A stretch of 64,000 nt of DNA from Longimicrobiales bacterium (GTDB taxonomy: Bacteria > Gemmatimonadota > Gemmatimonadetes > Longimicrobiales > Gaopeijiaceae): positions 2,240,001-2,304,000 of the forward strand of contig OZ241869.1 in NCBI GenBank assembly GCA_965202805.1. The letters run 5' to 3'. The notes beneath the pieces were generated by a model. The model ran no database searches, was not told where the DNA came from, and saw only the letters and a program-made list of their open reading frames with translations. This document shows positions 20,249-28,882 of this stretch, one piece after another. The position numbers and the translations under genes were made by a program. Each line of letters begins with the position of its first letter. Position 1 is the first letter of the stretch.

Positions 20249-21568
20249 ATGGGCGCGGACGGATCGCGCGATGCCAGGAGGGTCGCCCTCCGGGTGCTCG
20301 GCGCCTGCACCCGGGGCCAGCGCCTGGACCGCGCCCTGGACACGCGCGCCGGGGCCCTGGCGCCCCGCGACCGGCACTGGGTGCACGCGCTCGCCTACGG
20401 GGTGGCGCGGCTGCGCGGCCGTCTCGACTACACCATTGCCCGGCACGCGCACGGAGGGCTCGAGCGCCTCGACCCGGCGGTCCTGGACCTGCTGCGCATG
20501 GGCGTGTACCAGCTGCACCACATGGAGGGCGTACCCGCGTATGCGGCGGTCTCGTCCACGGTGGAGCTGGCTCGCGCGACCGGCGCGGGAGGGGCGGCAG
20601 GGGCGGCAGGGCTGATCAACGCGGTCCTGCGCGCCTCCGCGCGCGCGGGGTCGCCCGCGGACGCCTTCCCCGCCCCGGAGACCGACCTCGAGGGCCACCT
20701 CGCGCACTGGCACTCCCACCCCGGCTGGCTGGTGCGACGCTGGCTGGCGCGCTGGGGAGGGCCTGACACAGAGGCGCTCGTGCGACACGACAACCGGGTG
20801 CCGGGGCTCTTCCTTCGCCCGGTGGGCATCGGGATCGAACCCGCCCGCGAGCGGCTGCGGGCCGCCGGCATGACCGCCACCGAAGCCGGACTCGGTTGCG
20901 GGTGCCTGCGTCTCGCGGCCGGGACCGACGCGGCTCGCGCGCTCGAGATCGTTCCCGGTGTCATCCAGGACCCCGGCGCCGCGCTGGTCGCGCGCTACGC
21001 CGCCCCGCCACCGGACGCCGTGGTGGCCGATGTGTGCGCCGCTCCCGGGGGCAAGGCGCTGGCGCTCTCCGAACGGGCGGGATACGTGGTCGCAGCCGAC
21101 CTCTCCCTGCCCCGCCTGCAGCTCGTGACCGCGTCCGCCGCGCGCCTGCGGGCCCGCGTGGGCGCGGTCGTAGCGGACGCCGGCTCCGTCCCCGTGCGCC
21201 GGGCCGACCTTGTCCTCGCGGATGTGCCCTGCAGCGGCACGGGCACCCTGGCGCGCCGTCCCGACGCGAGATGGCGCCTGACCGCGACGGATCCCCAGAG
21301 CCTGGCCCGCATCCAGTCCCGCCTCCTCGCGGGCGCATCCCGCGCCGTTCCTCCGGGGGGACTTCTGGTGTACTCCACGTGTACATTGGAGCCAGAAGAA
21401 AACGACCAGGTCGTGGAGGGATTCCTGAGCCAGCACCCCGAATTCCGCCTGGAAGCTCCCGGAGACATGAATCCTCAGGTACTGGACGACCGCGGCCAAC
21501 TGCGCGTCCTTCCGCAGCGCACGGGTTTCGACGGCGCCTTCGCGGCGCGCATGCGCAGGGCTCGATGA
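20249..21568 (+). CDS. rsmB: 16S rRNA m5C967 methyltransferase RsmB (NusB-like domain plus MTase)
   Basis: LLRMGVYQL, INAVLR, HSHPGWLV, IQD, DVCAAPGGK, DVPCSGTG, YSTCTLEPEEN. Confidence 0.93.
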   Translation: MGADGSRDARRVALRVLGACTRGQRLDRALDTRAGALAPRDRHWVHALAYGVARLRGRLDYTIARHAHGGLERLDPAVLDLLRMGVYQLHHMEGVPAYAAVSSTVELARATGAGGAAGAAGLINAVLRASARAGSPADAFPAPETDLEGHLAHWHSHPGWLVRRWLARWGGPDTEALVRHDNRVPGLFLRPVGIGIEPARERLRAAGMTATEAGLGCGCLRLAAGTDAARALEIVPGVIQDPGAALVARYAAPPPDAVVADVCAAPGGKALALSERAGYVVAADLSLPRLQLVTASAARLRARVGAVVADAGSVPVRRADLVLADVPCSGTGTLARRPDARWRLTATDPQSLARIQSRLLAGASRAVPPGGLLVYSTCTLEPEENDQVVEGFLSQHPEFRLEAPGDMNPQVLDDRGQLRVLPQRTGFDGAFAARMRRAR

Positions 21569-22449
21569 GGCTGGGGAGTTCCATCGGCCGGCGCAGGCCG
21601 GCCCGCGGTGCCCGTCGGAAGCGCCGTGCCCGGGGAAGGAAGAGACGCCGCAGCGCCCGGCGAAGGCGTCCGGCCGGCGCCTTCAGGCGCGTTATGGGCG
21701 GCACCGTCCTGCTCGCCGTGATGTTCGGTCTCGGCTACGTGGTCGCCACCCGGGTCATCTTCCCCGTGCCCGCTCCGCCCCCGGACCTGCTGGGCGTGCC
21801 CGATCTGATCGGCCTCGACCTGGAGGGCGCTGCGGCCCGCGCGGAGGAGGCGGGGCTCGCGCTGGGCGCGGTCGACTCGATGTATCACCCATCGGCCTCC
21901 ACCGGATCCATCCTGGGTCAGAGCCCTCTGCCCGGCCAGCTCGCCCTCCCGGGAGCGACCATCGAACTCGCGATCAGCCTGGGCCCTGAACACCGCGCCG
22001 TACCCGACATGATCGGCCAGCACGAGCGGAGGGCGCGCATCCTTCTCGGAGCAAACGGCTTCTCGGTCGCCGTGGACTCCGTGGAGAACGAGGAACCCGC
22101 GGGCGAAGTGGTCGCCATGGAGCCGGAGGCGGGAACCGGCGTGAACCTGCCCTTCGAAGTGCGGCTTGTGATCAGCCTCGGGCCTCCGACGGTGGAGATG
22201 CCGCTCCTGCTCGGGCAGAGCGAGGAGGAAGCCGCCCTCCTGCTCGATTCCCTCGGGCTTTTCCTGACCGAGATCGAGCTGGATCCGCTCGTGGGAACGG
22301 AGTCGGGCGTGGTGATCGAGCAGGACCCGCCCCCGGCAAGCACCGTGGAGGTGGGGTCGGACGTGCGGCTGGTGATCGGCGACCGGGGCCGGCTGCCGGC
22401 CGAGATCCCGCCCCGCGACACCGCCGCAGCACAGGAACAATCACCGTGA
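21565..22449 (+). CDS. Membrane-anchored PASTA-repeat protein (three PASTA domains, no kinase)
   Basis: Arg-rich N-terminus, one TM helix, repeats VPDLIG / VPDMIG / MPLLLG with QSP/QDP motifs. Confidence 0.85.
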   Translation: MRLGSSIGRRRPARGARRKRRARGRKRRRSARRRRPAGAFRRVMGGTVLLAVMFGLGYVVATRVIFPVPAPPPDLLGVPDLIGLDLEGAAARAEEAGLALGAVDSMYHPSASTGSILGQSPLPGQLALPGATIELAISLGPEHRAVPDMIGQHERRARILLGANGFSVAVDSVENEEPAGEVVAMEPEAGTGVNLPFEVRLVISLGPPTVEMPLLLGQSEEEAALLLDSLGLFLTEIELDPLVGTESGVVIEQDPPPASTVEVGSDVRLVIGDRGRLPAEIPPRDTAAAQEQSP

Positions 22450-22513
22450 GCGCGAACATGACAAGGGTGATACCGTTACAGGTTCACTCCGCTGGTTCCG
22501 GGAGGCCGCAGAC

Positions 22514-23071
22514 ATGACCCACAGACCTTCGCGCATTCCGTATCTCGTGGCCGTGCTGGGGGCGGGCGCGCTCGTCCTCATGGCCTGGGCGGGCCGAGGG
22601 AGCTTTCAGCCCGTCGGGCTGGGAGCCGACGCCCCGGCGTTCACCATCTCCGACCTCCAGGGCGAGCCGGTGTCGCTCGAGGACCATCGCGACCGGGTCG
22701 TGCTGGTCAACATCTGGGCTACCTGGTGCGGCCCGTGCATCGTGGAAATGCCCTCGATGCAGCGCCTTTACGAGCAGCTTGAAGGCCAGCCGTTCGATAT
22801 CCTTGCGGTCAGCGTGGACGCGGCTCGAGGCGAACCCGACGAGGCGGGCAACATCGGCGGCGACGTGGCGCAATTCGTCCGGGACCACGGACTCACCTTC
22901 AAGATCCTGCACGACGCCTCCGGGCGGATCAGGCGGACCTACCGAACCACAGGGGTCCCCGAATCCTTCCTGATCGGCAAGGACGGGGTCATCTACAAGA
23001 AGATCGCCGGAGCAACGGAGTGGGATTCCCCCGAAAACCTGGAACTGATCCAGAGGCTGCTGGCAAGCTGA
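22514..23071 (+). CDS. TlpA/ResA family thiol-disulfide oxidoreductase
   Basis: N-terminal TM helix, VNIWATWCGPC, GVPESFLIG. Confidence 0.92.
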   Translation: MTHRPSRIPYLVAVLGAGALVLMAWAGRGSFQPVGLGADAPAFTISDLQGEPVSLEDHRDRVVLVNIWATWCGPCIVEMPSMQRLYEQLEGQPFDILAVSVDAARGEPDEAGNIGGDVAQFVRDHGLTFKILHDASGRIRRTYRTTGVPESFLIGKDGVIYKKIAGATEWDSPENLELIQRLLAS

Positions 23072-23115
23072 AGCTGCCCTGGCCGGCGTTCGAGTCGGGC
23101 CGCAAATCGACTCCG

Positions 23116-23763
23116 ATGCTTGCCGCGCTTGCCCTTGCGGTCGTTCTCTGGGTCGTCGTGCAGATGGAACAGCCGGAGCGCCGGGCCTTCGCCGGCGTGC
23201 CGGTTCGCGTGCAACTGAACGATCCCCAGTGGGCTGTCGCGGGCACCCCGACGCCCTCCAGCGCGACCGTTCGGCTGGCGGGCACCGCCCGTCAACTCCT
23301 GCGCCTCGCCGGGAATCAGCCTTTGATCATGGTTCCCGTGGATGCCGTGGGCTCCGCCGACACGTCCCTCGTGATCGATCGCAACTGGGTGCGGCTGCAG
23401 GGCATCGAGGGAGTGGTCGTCGAGGCCGTGGAGCCGGCCGCGGTCTCCGTCGCCTTCGAACCCATGGTCGCCGTGGAGGTGCCCGTCGCACCCACCGTGG
23501 TCGGCGTCCCGCGCGACGAGTTGACGCTGGTTGCGCCCCCTGTCGCATTCCCCCCTTCCATACGCGTCATCGGGCCGGCAAGCCGGGTCGCGGAGCTGCG
23601 CACGATCCGCCTCGATCCCGTGGACCTGTCGCGCATCGAGCGGTCGCAGGTGGTGCGGGTGGGCGTCGAGGACGGCATCGCGGGCGAGCTGATCAGCTTT
23701 TCCCCGGACACGGTCGAGGTGCGGGTCGAACTCGCCGGCCGAGAGGGGTCCCAGGGGCGGTGA
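23116..23763 (+). CDS. YbbR/CdaR-like protein (start uncertain)
   Basis: ALALAVVLW TM followed by repeated beta-rich units (TVRLAG, VPVAPTVVG, P.SIRVIGPASRV, PDTVEVRVEL). Confidence 0.7.
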   Translation: MLAALALAVVLWVVVQMEQPERRAFAGVPVRVQLNDPQWAVAGTPTPSSATVRLAGTARQLLRLAGNQPLIMVPVDAVGSADTSLVIDRNWVRLQGIEGVVVEAVEPAAVSVAFEPMVAVEVPVAPTVVGVPRDELTLVAPPVAFPPSIRVIGPASRVAELRTIRLDPVDLSRIERSQVVRVGVEDGIAGELISFSPDTVEVRVELAGREGSQGR

Positions 23764-24803
23764 GCGATCTCCTCGTTCTCGGCATCGAGACCAGTTGTGA
23801 CGAGACTTCGGCGGCTGTTCTCCACGGTGCGCACGACCTCCGCTCGCACGTCATCCTTTCCCAGGACATGCACGCCGTCTACGGCGGCGTGGTGCCGGAA
23901 CTCGCGGCGCGGGCCCATCTCCAGGTGGTGGACGACGTCGTGGGGCGCGCGCTGGAGGACGCCGGATGCATGCTGGCGGAAGTCGACGGCATCGGCGTCA
24001 CGGCCGGCCCCGGGCTGATCGGAGCCCTGCTGGTGGGGGTATGCTGGGCGAAGGCGGCCGCCTACGCCTCAGGGGTCCCCATCGTGGGCGTGCACCACAT
24101 GGAGGCCCACCTGTTCGCGCCCCACATCGAGGATTCCGCCGCGGAACCGCCCTTCGTGGCCCTCCTGGTCTCCGGGGGACACACCCTGCTCCTGCACGCG
24201 ACCGCCTGGGGGGAATACCGGCTGCTGGGGCGGACCCGCGACGACGCGGCGGGGGAGGCGTTCGACAAGGTGGCGCGCCTGCTCGGGCTGCCGTATCCGG
24301 GTGGAGCTCCGCTCGAGGCGCTCGCGCGGGAGGGGGATCCGGAGCGGTATGCGTTCCCGCGGCCGCTGCTCGCATCGTCAGGCAAACCGGACCGGGCGGA
24401 CGCCCTCGACTTCTCCTTCAGCGGGCTCAAGACGGCCGTTGCGACCCGGGTTGCCGAACTCGAGGCGAACGGCGGCCTCGACGCCGAACGCTCCCACGTG
24501 GCCGCATCCTTCCAGGCCGCGGTCAACGACGTACTCGCGACTCGAACGGCGCAGGCGGTGGACCGTACGGGCACCGACCGGATTCTGGTAGCGGGGGGCG
24601 TATCGGCGAACGGCGCATTGCGCCGGGAGTTGCGCAGGCGGCATCCCTCCGAAGTCCGGCTCTTCCACGCGACTCCGCGGCTGTCGGTGGACAACGGGGC
24701 GATGGTCGCGCGTGCAGCCGCCTTTCGCCTGGGCCTGGGAGAGAGCTCGGACCTCGATCTCTCGGCCGACGCTTCGCTCCCTTTCCCCGGCCTGCGCGAA
24801 TGA
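23760..24803 (+). CDS. tsaD: tRNA N6-adenosine threonylcarbamoyltransferase TsaD
   Basis: LGIETSCDET, GGVVPELAARAH, HHMEAH, LLVSGGHT, DDAAGEAFDK, FSFSGLKT, DNGAM. Confidence 0.97.
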   Translation: MSDLLVLGIETSCDETSAAVLHGAHDLRSHVILSQDMHAVYGGVVPELAARAHLQVVDDVVGRALEDAGCMLAEVDGIGVTAGPGLIGALLVGVCWAKAAAYASGVPIVGVHHMEAHLFAPHIEDSAAEPPFVALLVSGGHTLLLHATAWGEYRLLGRTRDDAAGEAFDKVARLLGLPYPGGAPLEALAREGDPERYAFPRPLLASSGKPDRADALDFSFSGLKTAVATRVAELEANGGLDAERSHVAASFQAAVNDVLATRTAQAVDRTGTDRILVAGGVSANGALRRELRRRHPSEVRLFHATPRLSVDNGAMVARAAAFRLGLGESSDLDLSADASLPFPGLRE

Positions 24804-24891
24804 CGCCCGCCCCTCCCGCGCCCATCCGCGGGCCGGAACGCCCGGCTCCCCGGCGCGGCGGCCCGACCCCACCCTGAGCCCACTGGGAACC

Positions 24892-25752
24892 GTGTATCCA
24901 ATCCTCTTTCGCTTTCCCGAATGGGTGCCGCTGCTCGGCGGAGAACCGGTCACCTCCTTCGGTGTCATGCTCTTCCTCGCCTTCCTGGCGGCCGGCTATC
25001 TGCTGCGCGCGCGGATGAGCGAGACCGGCATCCATCCCGACCGCGCCTGGGACCTCGTGTTCGCCGCGGTGATCGGGGGAATCGTCGGAGCCAAGCTCTA
25101 CTACGTCTTCCTCAACTTCCCGAGCCTCGTCGAGAATCCGCGCTTCCTGTTCGCGCGCGGCGGGCTGGTGTGGTACGGGGGCTTCCTCGGCGGAGCCCTG
25201 GCGGTCCTGTACCAGATGAGGCGACTCGGTCTCCGCGTGCGCCAGACGCTCGACCTCTGCGCCCCGAGCATGGCGATGGCGTACGCGGTGGGGCGACTCG
25301 GATGCTTCCTGGTCGGAGACGACTACGGCCGCCCGACCGCCTCGTGGGTGGGAATCCGCTTCCCGCAGGGTTCACCGCCCAGTTCGGTGGACAACCTGGC
25401 GCGTTTCGGAATCGAGGTGGATCCGGCGCTGGTGGAAACCTACGGCCAGATCGTGCCGGTACATCCCACGCAGCTGTACGAGATCGCCATGGCCCTGGTG
25501 ATCTTCGCGATCGTATGGCGTCTCCGGCACAAGGGGCATCCCCCCGGCTGGATGTTCTCGCTGTGGCTGGCGCTCGCGTCCGCCGCCCGCTTCCTGGTCG
25601 AGTTCGTACGCGCCAAGGACGACCGCTTCCTGGGCAACCTGACCATCGCGCAGGTCATCAGCGTCCTGCTGATCGCGGCGGCGGTGGCCGCGATGGTCCG
25701 CCTCGCGTCCCGGAACGGAGGGTCGCGCCCGAAGAAGGCGAGGGCGCCGTGA
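24892..25752 (+). CDS. lgt: Prolipoprotein diacylglyceryl transferase
   Basis: GGLVWYGG, GRLGCFLVGDDYG, HPTQLYE, RFLVEFVR; multiple TM helices. Confidence 0.93.
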   Translation: MYPILFRFPEWVPLLGGEPVTSFGVMLFLAFLAAGYLLRARMSETGIHPDRAWDLVFAAVIGGIVGAKLYYVFLNFPSLVENPRFLFARGGLVWYGGFLGGALAVLYQMRRLGLRVRQTLDLCAPSMAMAYAVGRLGCFLVGDDYGRPTASWVGIRFPQGSPPSSVDNLARFGIEVDPALVETYGQIVPVHPTQLYEIAMALVIFAIVWRLRHKGHPPGWMFSLWLALASAARFLVEFVRAKDDRFLGNLTIAQVISVLLIAAAVAAMVRLASRNGGSRPKKARAP

Positions 25753-26618
25753 GCGATCCCGACCGTGTATTCACCATCCTTCACGGCTCGGATCTGCACT
25801 TCGGGCGACCGCACGCGCCTGCGGCAGCCAGGGACTTTCTCACGCTGGCGCACTCCGTCTCGCCCGACCTGATCGCCCTCTCGGGCGACTTCACGCAGCG
25901 CGCCAAGAACCGCGAATACGAGGCGGCGGCCGCGTACCTGAAGCGCCTTCCACAGGTCCCCCTGGTGGTTACTCCCGGCAACCACGACGTGCCCCTCTAC
26001 CGTCTCTGGGAGCGTGCATCGGCGCCCTTCCGCAACTACCGGCGCTGGATCGCCGACGAACTCGACAGCGAACACGACCTCGGCGGGGCGGTCGTGGTCG
26101 CACTCAACACCACCACGCCCGACCGCGCGATCGTGAACGGCAACGTGGACGACGCACAGCTGGCACGCGCGGCGGCGGCGTTCGCCCGGGCGGGCAACCG
26201 GGGCCTGCGCGCGGTGGTGGTGCACCATGCGCTGGTCGGCGCGCCCGAAGGGGATCACATCGCGGCCCTCCCCCGCGCCCGGCGCATCGTTCGCCGGATG
26301 GCCGAGATGGGCGTGGAACTGGTGCTCTTCGGCCATCTGCATCGCGCGTTCGTCTCGGAGGGCGTGCCCAACGGCACGGCAGCGGGGGATTCACCCGTGC
26401 TGCTGGTGTGCAGCGGCACCACGGCCTCCGACCGGGGACGCGGAAGGGAGAAGGGCAAGAACAGCTGCAACCTGGTGCGGGTTACGAACGACCGGATCGC
26501 GGTGACCCGGTATCTGCGGTCCTCCCCGGTCGATGGCTTCCGGCCGGCCACGCGCGAGACCTTCCCCCGCCGCGACTTCGCGCACCCACGGTCACCGGGT
26601 ATCGCGAGCGGCGCGTGA
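25749..26618 (+). CDS. Calcineurin-like metallophosphoesterase (CpdA-like)
   Basis: SDLHFG, SGDFT, PGNHD, VHH, GHLH motifs. Confidence 0.9.
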   Translation: MSDPDRVFTILHGSDLHFGRPHAPAAARDFLTLAHSVSPDLIALSGDFTQRAKNREYEAAAAYLKRLPQVPLVVTPGNHDVPLYRLWERASAPFRNYRRWIADELDSEHDLGGAVVVALNTTTPDRAIVNGNVDDAQLARAAAAFARAGNRGLRAVVVHHALVGAPEGDHIAALPRARRIVRRMAEMGVELVLFGHLHRAFVSEGVPNGTAAGDSPVLLVCSGTTASDRGRGREKGKNSCNLVRVTNDRIAVTRYLRSSPVDGFRPATRETFPRRDFAHPRSPGIASGA

Positions 26619-26668
26619 TTCGGCGAAGCGGGTGTTCCCCGCCCAGGGTGACATCGCGCCGCCCGGCG

Positions 26669-28882
26669 ATGACCCGGACCTTCATCGCGCTCCTCCCCGC
26701 CCTGCTCGCCACGGCGTTCCCGGTTTCGGCGGTTCAGGGCGAACTGGAAGAAGTCACCGCGCTCCGCTTCGAGGGGAACGAGGTCTTCTCCGATCGCGCG
26801 CTGAGCGCCTCCATCATGACGCGGCCCACCGAGTGCCGGGGATTGCTGCTCAAGTTCTTCTGCTGGTCGGGAAGCTCTTTTGCCATGGATCAGCGTTTCC
26901 TCGGCCCGCGCGAATTCGAACGCGACGTGGTGCGCCTGCGCCTGTTCTACTACCGGCACGGCTATCGGGAAGCCCTCATCACGCCGACTCTGAACCGCAC
27001 CGGGGAAGGGGTTCAGATCACGTTCCGCATCGAAGAGGGGATGCCCGTACTCATCGACTCCCTGGCGTTCAACGGGCTCGATCCGCCCGCCGACCTGGAT
27101 CTCCTCGACGATCTTCCGGTGCGCATGGGAGAACCGCTCGACCAGATGGCCCTGGGCGCGGCCCGTGATTCCCTTACGATCCGGTTGCGCAACGCCGGCT
27201 ACGCCCACGCCGAAGTCCTTCTCGACATCCTGATCCCGGCTGCCGAGCCGTATCGCGCGCGCGTCAACTTCGACGTCTTCAAGGGGGCGCCGGCACGCTT
27301 CGGGCCCATCTCCATCGAGGGAAACGCAAGGGTGGATCAGGGCGTCATACTGGGCATGATTCCCTTCCGCGAAGGCAGCGCCTACGACGCCGACCTCGTT
27401 TTCGAGGCCCGGCGCAACCTCTACGGCATGGAGGTCTTCAGCAATGTCGCGGTAACGGAGGAGCTGGACGCGCAGCCGGACAGTGTGATCCCGGTCTCCG
27501 TCACGGTCGTCGAGGGCGACATTCACCGATATCGCGCGGGAGCCGGCTGGAGCACCGCCGACTGCGTCAACGCCGAGGCCAGCTGGACCAGCCGGAACTT
27601 CTCCGGGGGCGGACGCCGCCTGCAATTCCTCGGACGGCTGTCGAACATCCTCAACTCCCCGCTCAACTCCACGCTCTGCCGCGATGCCGGTACCGGCCCG
27701 TACGGACGCTACAACTGGTCGCTCTCGGCCCAGTTCTCCCAGCCCCACCTCTTCTCGCTGCGCACCACCTTTGCCGCCAACGTGTTCTGGGAACGACAAA
27801 GTCTGCCCGACCTCTTCGTCCGCCAGAGTCTTGGTGTGGATCTGTCCCTTACCCGGGGCGGCGCGGCGGGACGCTCGCAGACCATCTTCTTCCAGCCAAC
27901 GACCGGGAAGCTGGACGCGGCGGACATCTTCTTCTGCTCCAGCTTCCTGGTGTGCGACCTCGAGGGCATCGGGGTGCTGCAGCGCAGCAACTGGCTGTCG
28001 CCCGTAGGACTCCGCCTCGCGCACGAGGAGGTGGGGCAGGGCTTCGGTCGCGCCATGGGATACTCGCTGGGCGCGGAAATCGAGCACGCCTCACACCTGA
28101 CCGGGTCCGACTTCGCCTACAACCTTGCCGTGGGAGAGGCATCCGGATTCCGCGAATTGCGGGACGGCTGGGTCATGGCCGGGCGGCTGCGCGGGGGATG
28201 GCTTGGCGCCGGAGGATTTGGAGCGCTCGGCCGGGAGGTCAGCTCCGGGATCGCCCATCCGCAGAAGCGGTTCTACGCGGGGGGCGCCACCTCGGTGCGT
28301 GGCTTCGCCCACAATCAACTGGGTCCACGCGTGCTGTTCGTGGGTGTGGAGACGTTGCTCGGTGCCGCAGACGGCGGCGCGGCACCGTGTACTCCGGATC
28401 AGATCATCGACTACAGCTGCGATCCCCGCACCCTCAACGACGACCGCTTCACGTCCAATCCCACGGGGGGAAGCCGGTTGATCGAGGGCAACGTCGAGGT
28501 GCGCTTCCCGCTCAGTTCCGGTGACTGGCAGGGAACCCTGTTTCTGGACTTCGGACAGGTCTGGTCCGGCGGCGGCTCCCAGGAGCCCGCGCGCCTCGAA
28601 TGGGCCCCGGGAATGGGAGTCCGTTACTTCACCGCCATCGGCCCTCTGCGGCTGGACCTGGCGTACCGGCTGAGCGGGGGCGAAGAACAGCGCGTGCTGA
28701 CCTCCGGGATCCGGCCCTATCGGCCCTCCGTCGACCACCCCGAGGAAAGGCTGGCCGCCACACCCGACTTCGTGCGTTCGGGCCGGCTCGAGATCCTTCC
28801 GCACCCGGTGTTGTACGGCGAATCCGCCGATTGGTCGCTGAGCCGGCTTCAGCTCCATCTTTCCCTGGGACAGGTCTTCTGA
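26669..28882 (+). CDS. Omp85 family (TamA/BamA-like) outer membrane protein with POTRA domains
   Basis: Signal peptide, POTRA-like FEGN...YYRHGY, FYAGGATSVRGF, IGPLRLDLAY, C-terminal LSLGQVF. Confidence 0.9.
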   Translation: MTRTFIALLPALLATAFPVSAVQGELEEVTALRFEGNEVFSDRALSASIMTRPTECRGLLLKFFCWSGSSFAMDQRFLGPREFERDVVRLRLFYYRHGYREALITPTLNRTGEGVQITFRIEEGMPVLIDSLAFNGLDPPADLDLLDDLPVRMGEPLDQMALGAARDSLTIRLRNAGYAHAEVLLDILIPAAEPYRARVNFDVFKGAPARFGPISIEGNARVDQGVILGMIPFREGSAYDADLVFEARRNLYGMEVFSNVAVTEELDAQPDSVIPVSVTVVEGDIHRYRAGAGWSTADCVNAEASWTSRNFSGGGRRLQFLGRLSNILNSPLNSTLCRDAGTGPYGRYNWSLSAQFSQPHLFSLRTTFAANVFWERQSLPDLFVRQSLGVDLSLTRGGAAGRSQTIFFQPTTGKLDAADIFFCSSFLVCDLEGIGVLQRSNWLSPVGLRLAHEEVGQGFGRAMGYSLGAEIEHASHLTGSDFAYNLAVGEASGFRELRDGWVMAGRLRGGWLGAGGFGALGREVSSGIAHPQKRFYAGGATSVRGFAHNQLGPRVLFVGVETLLGAADGGAAPCTPDQIIDYSCDPRTLNDDRFTSNPTGGSRLIEGNVEVRFPLSSGDWQGTLFLDFGQVWSGGGSQEPARLEWAPGMGVRYFTAIGPLRLDLAYRLSGGEEQRVLTSGIRPYRPSVDHPEERLAATPDFVRSGRLEILPHPVLYGESADWSLSRLQLHLSLGQVF

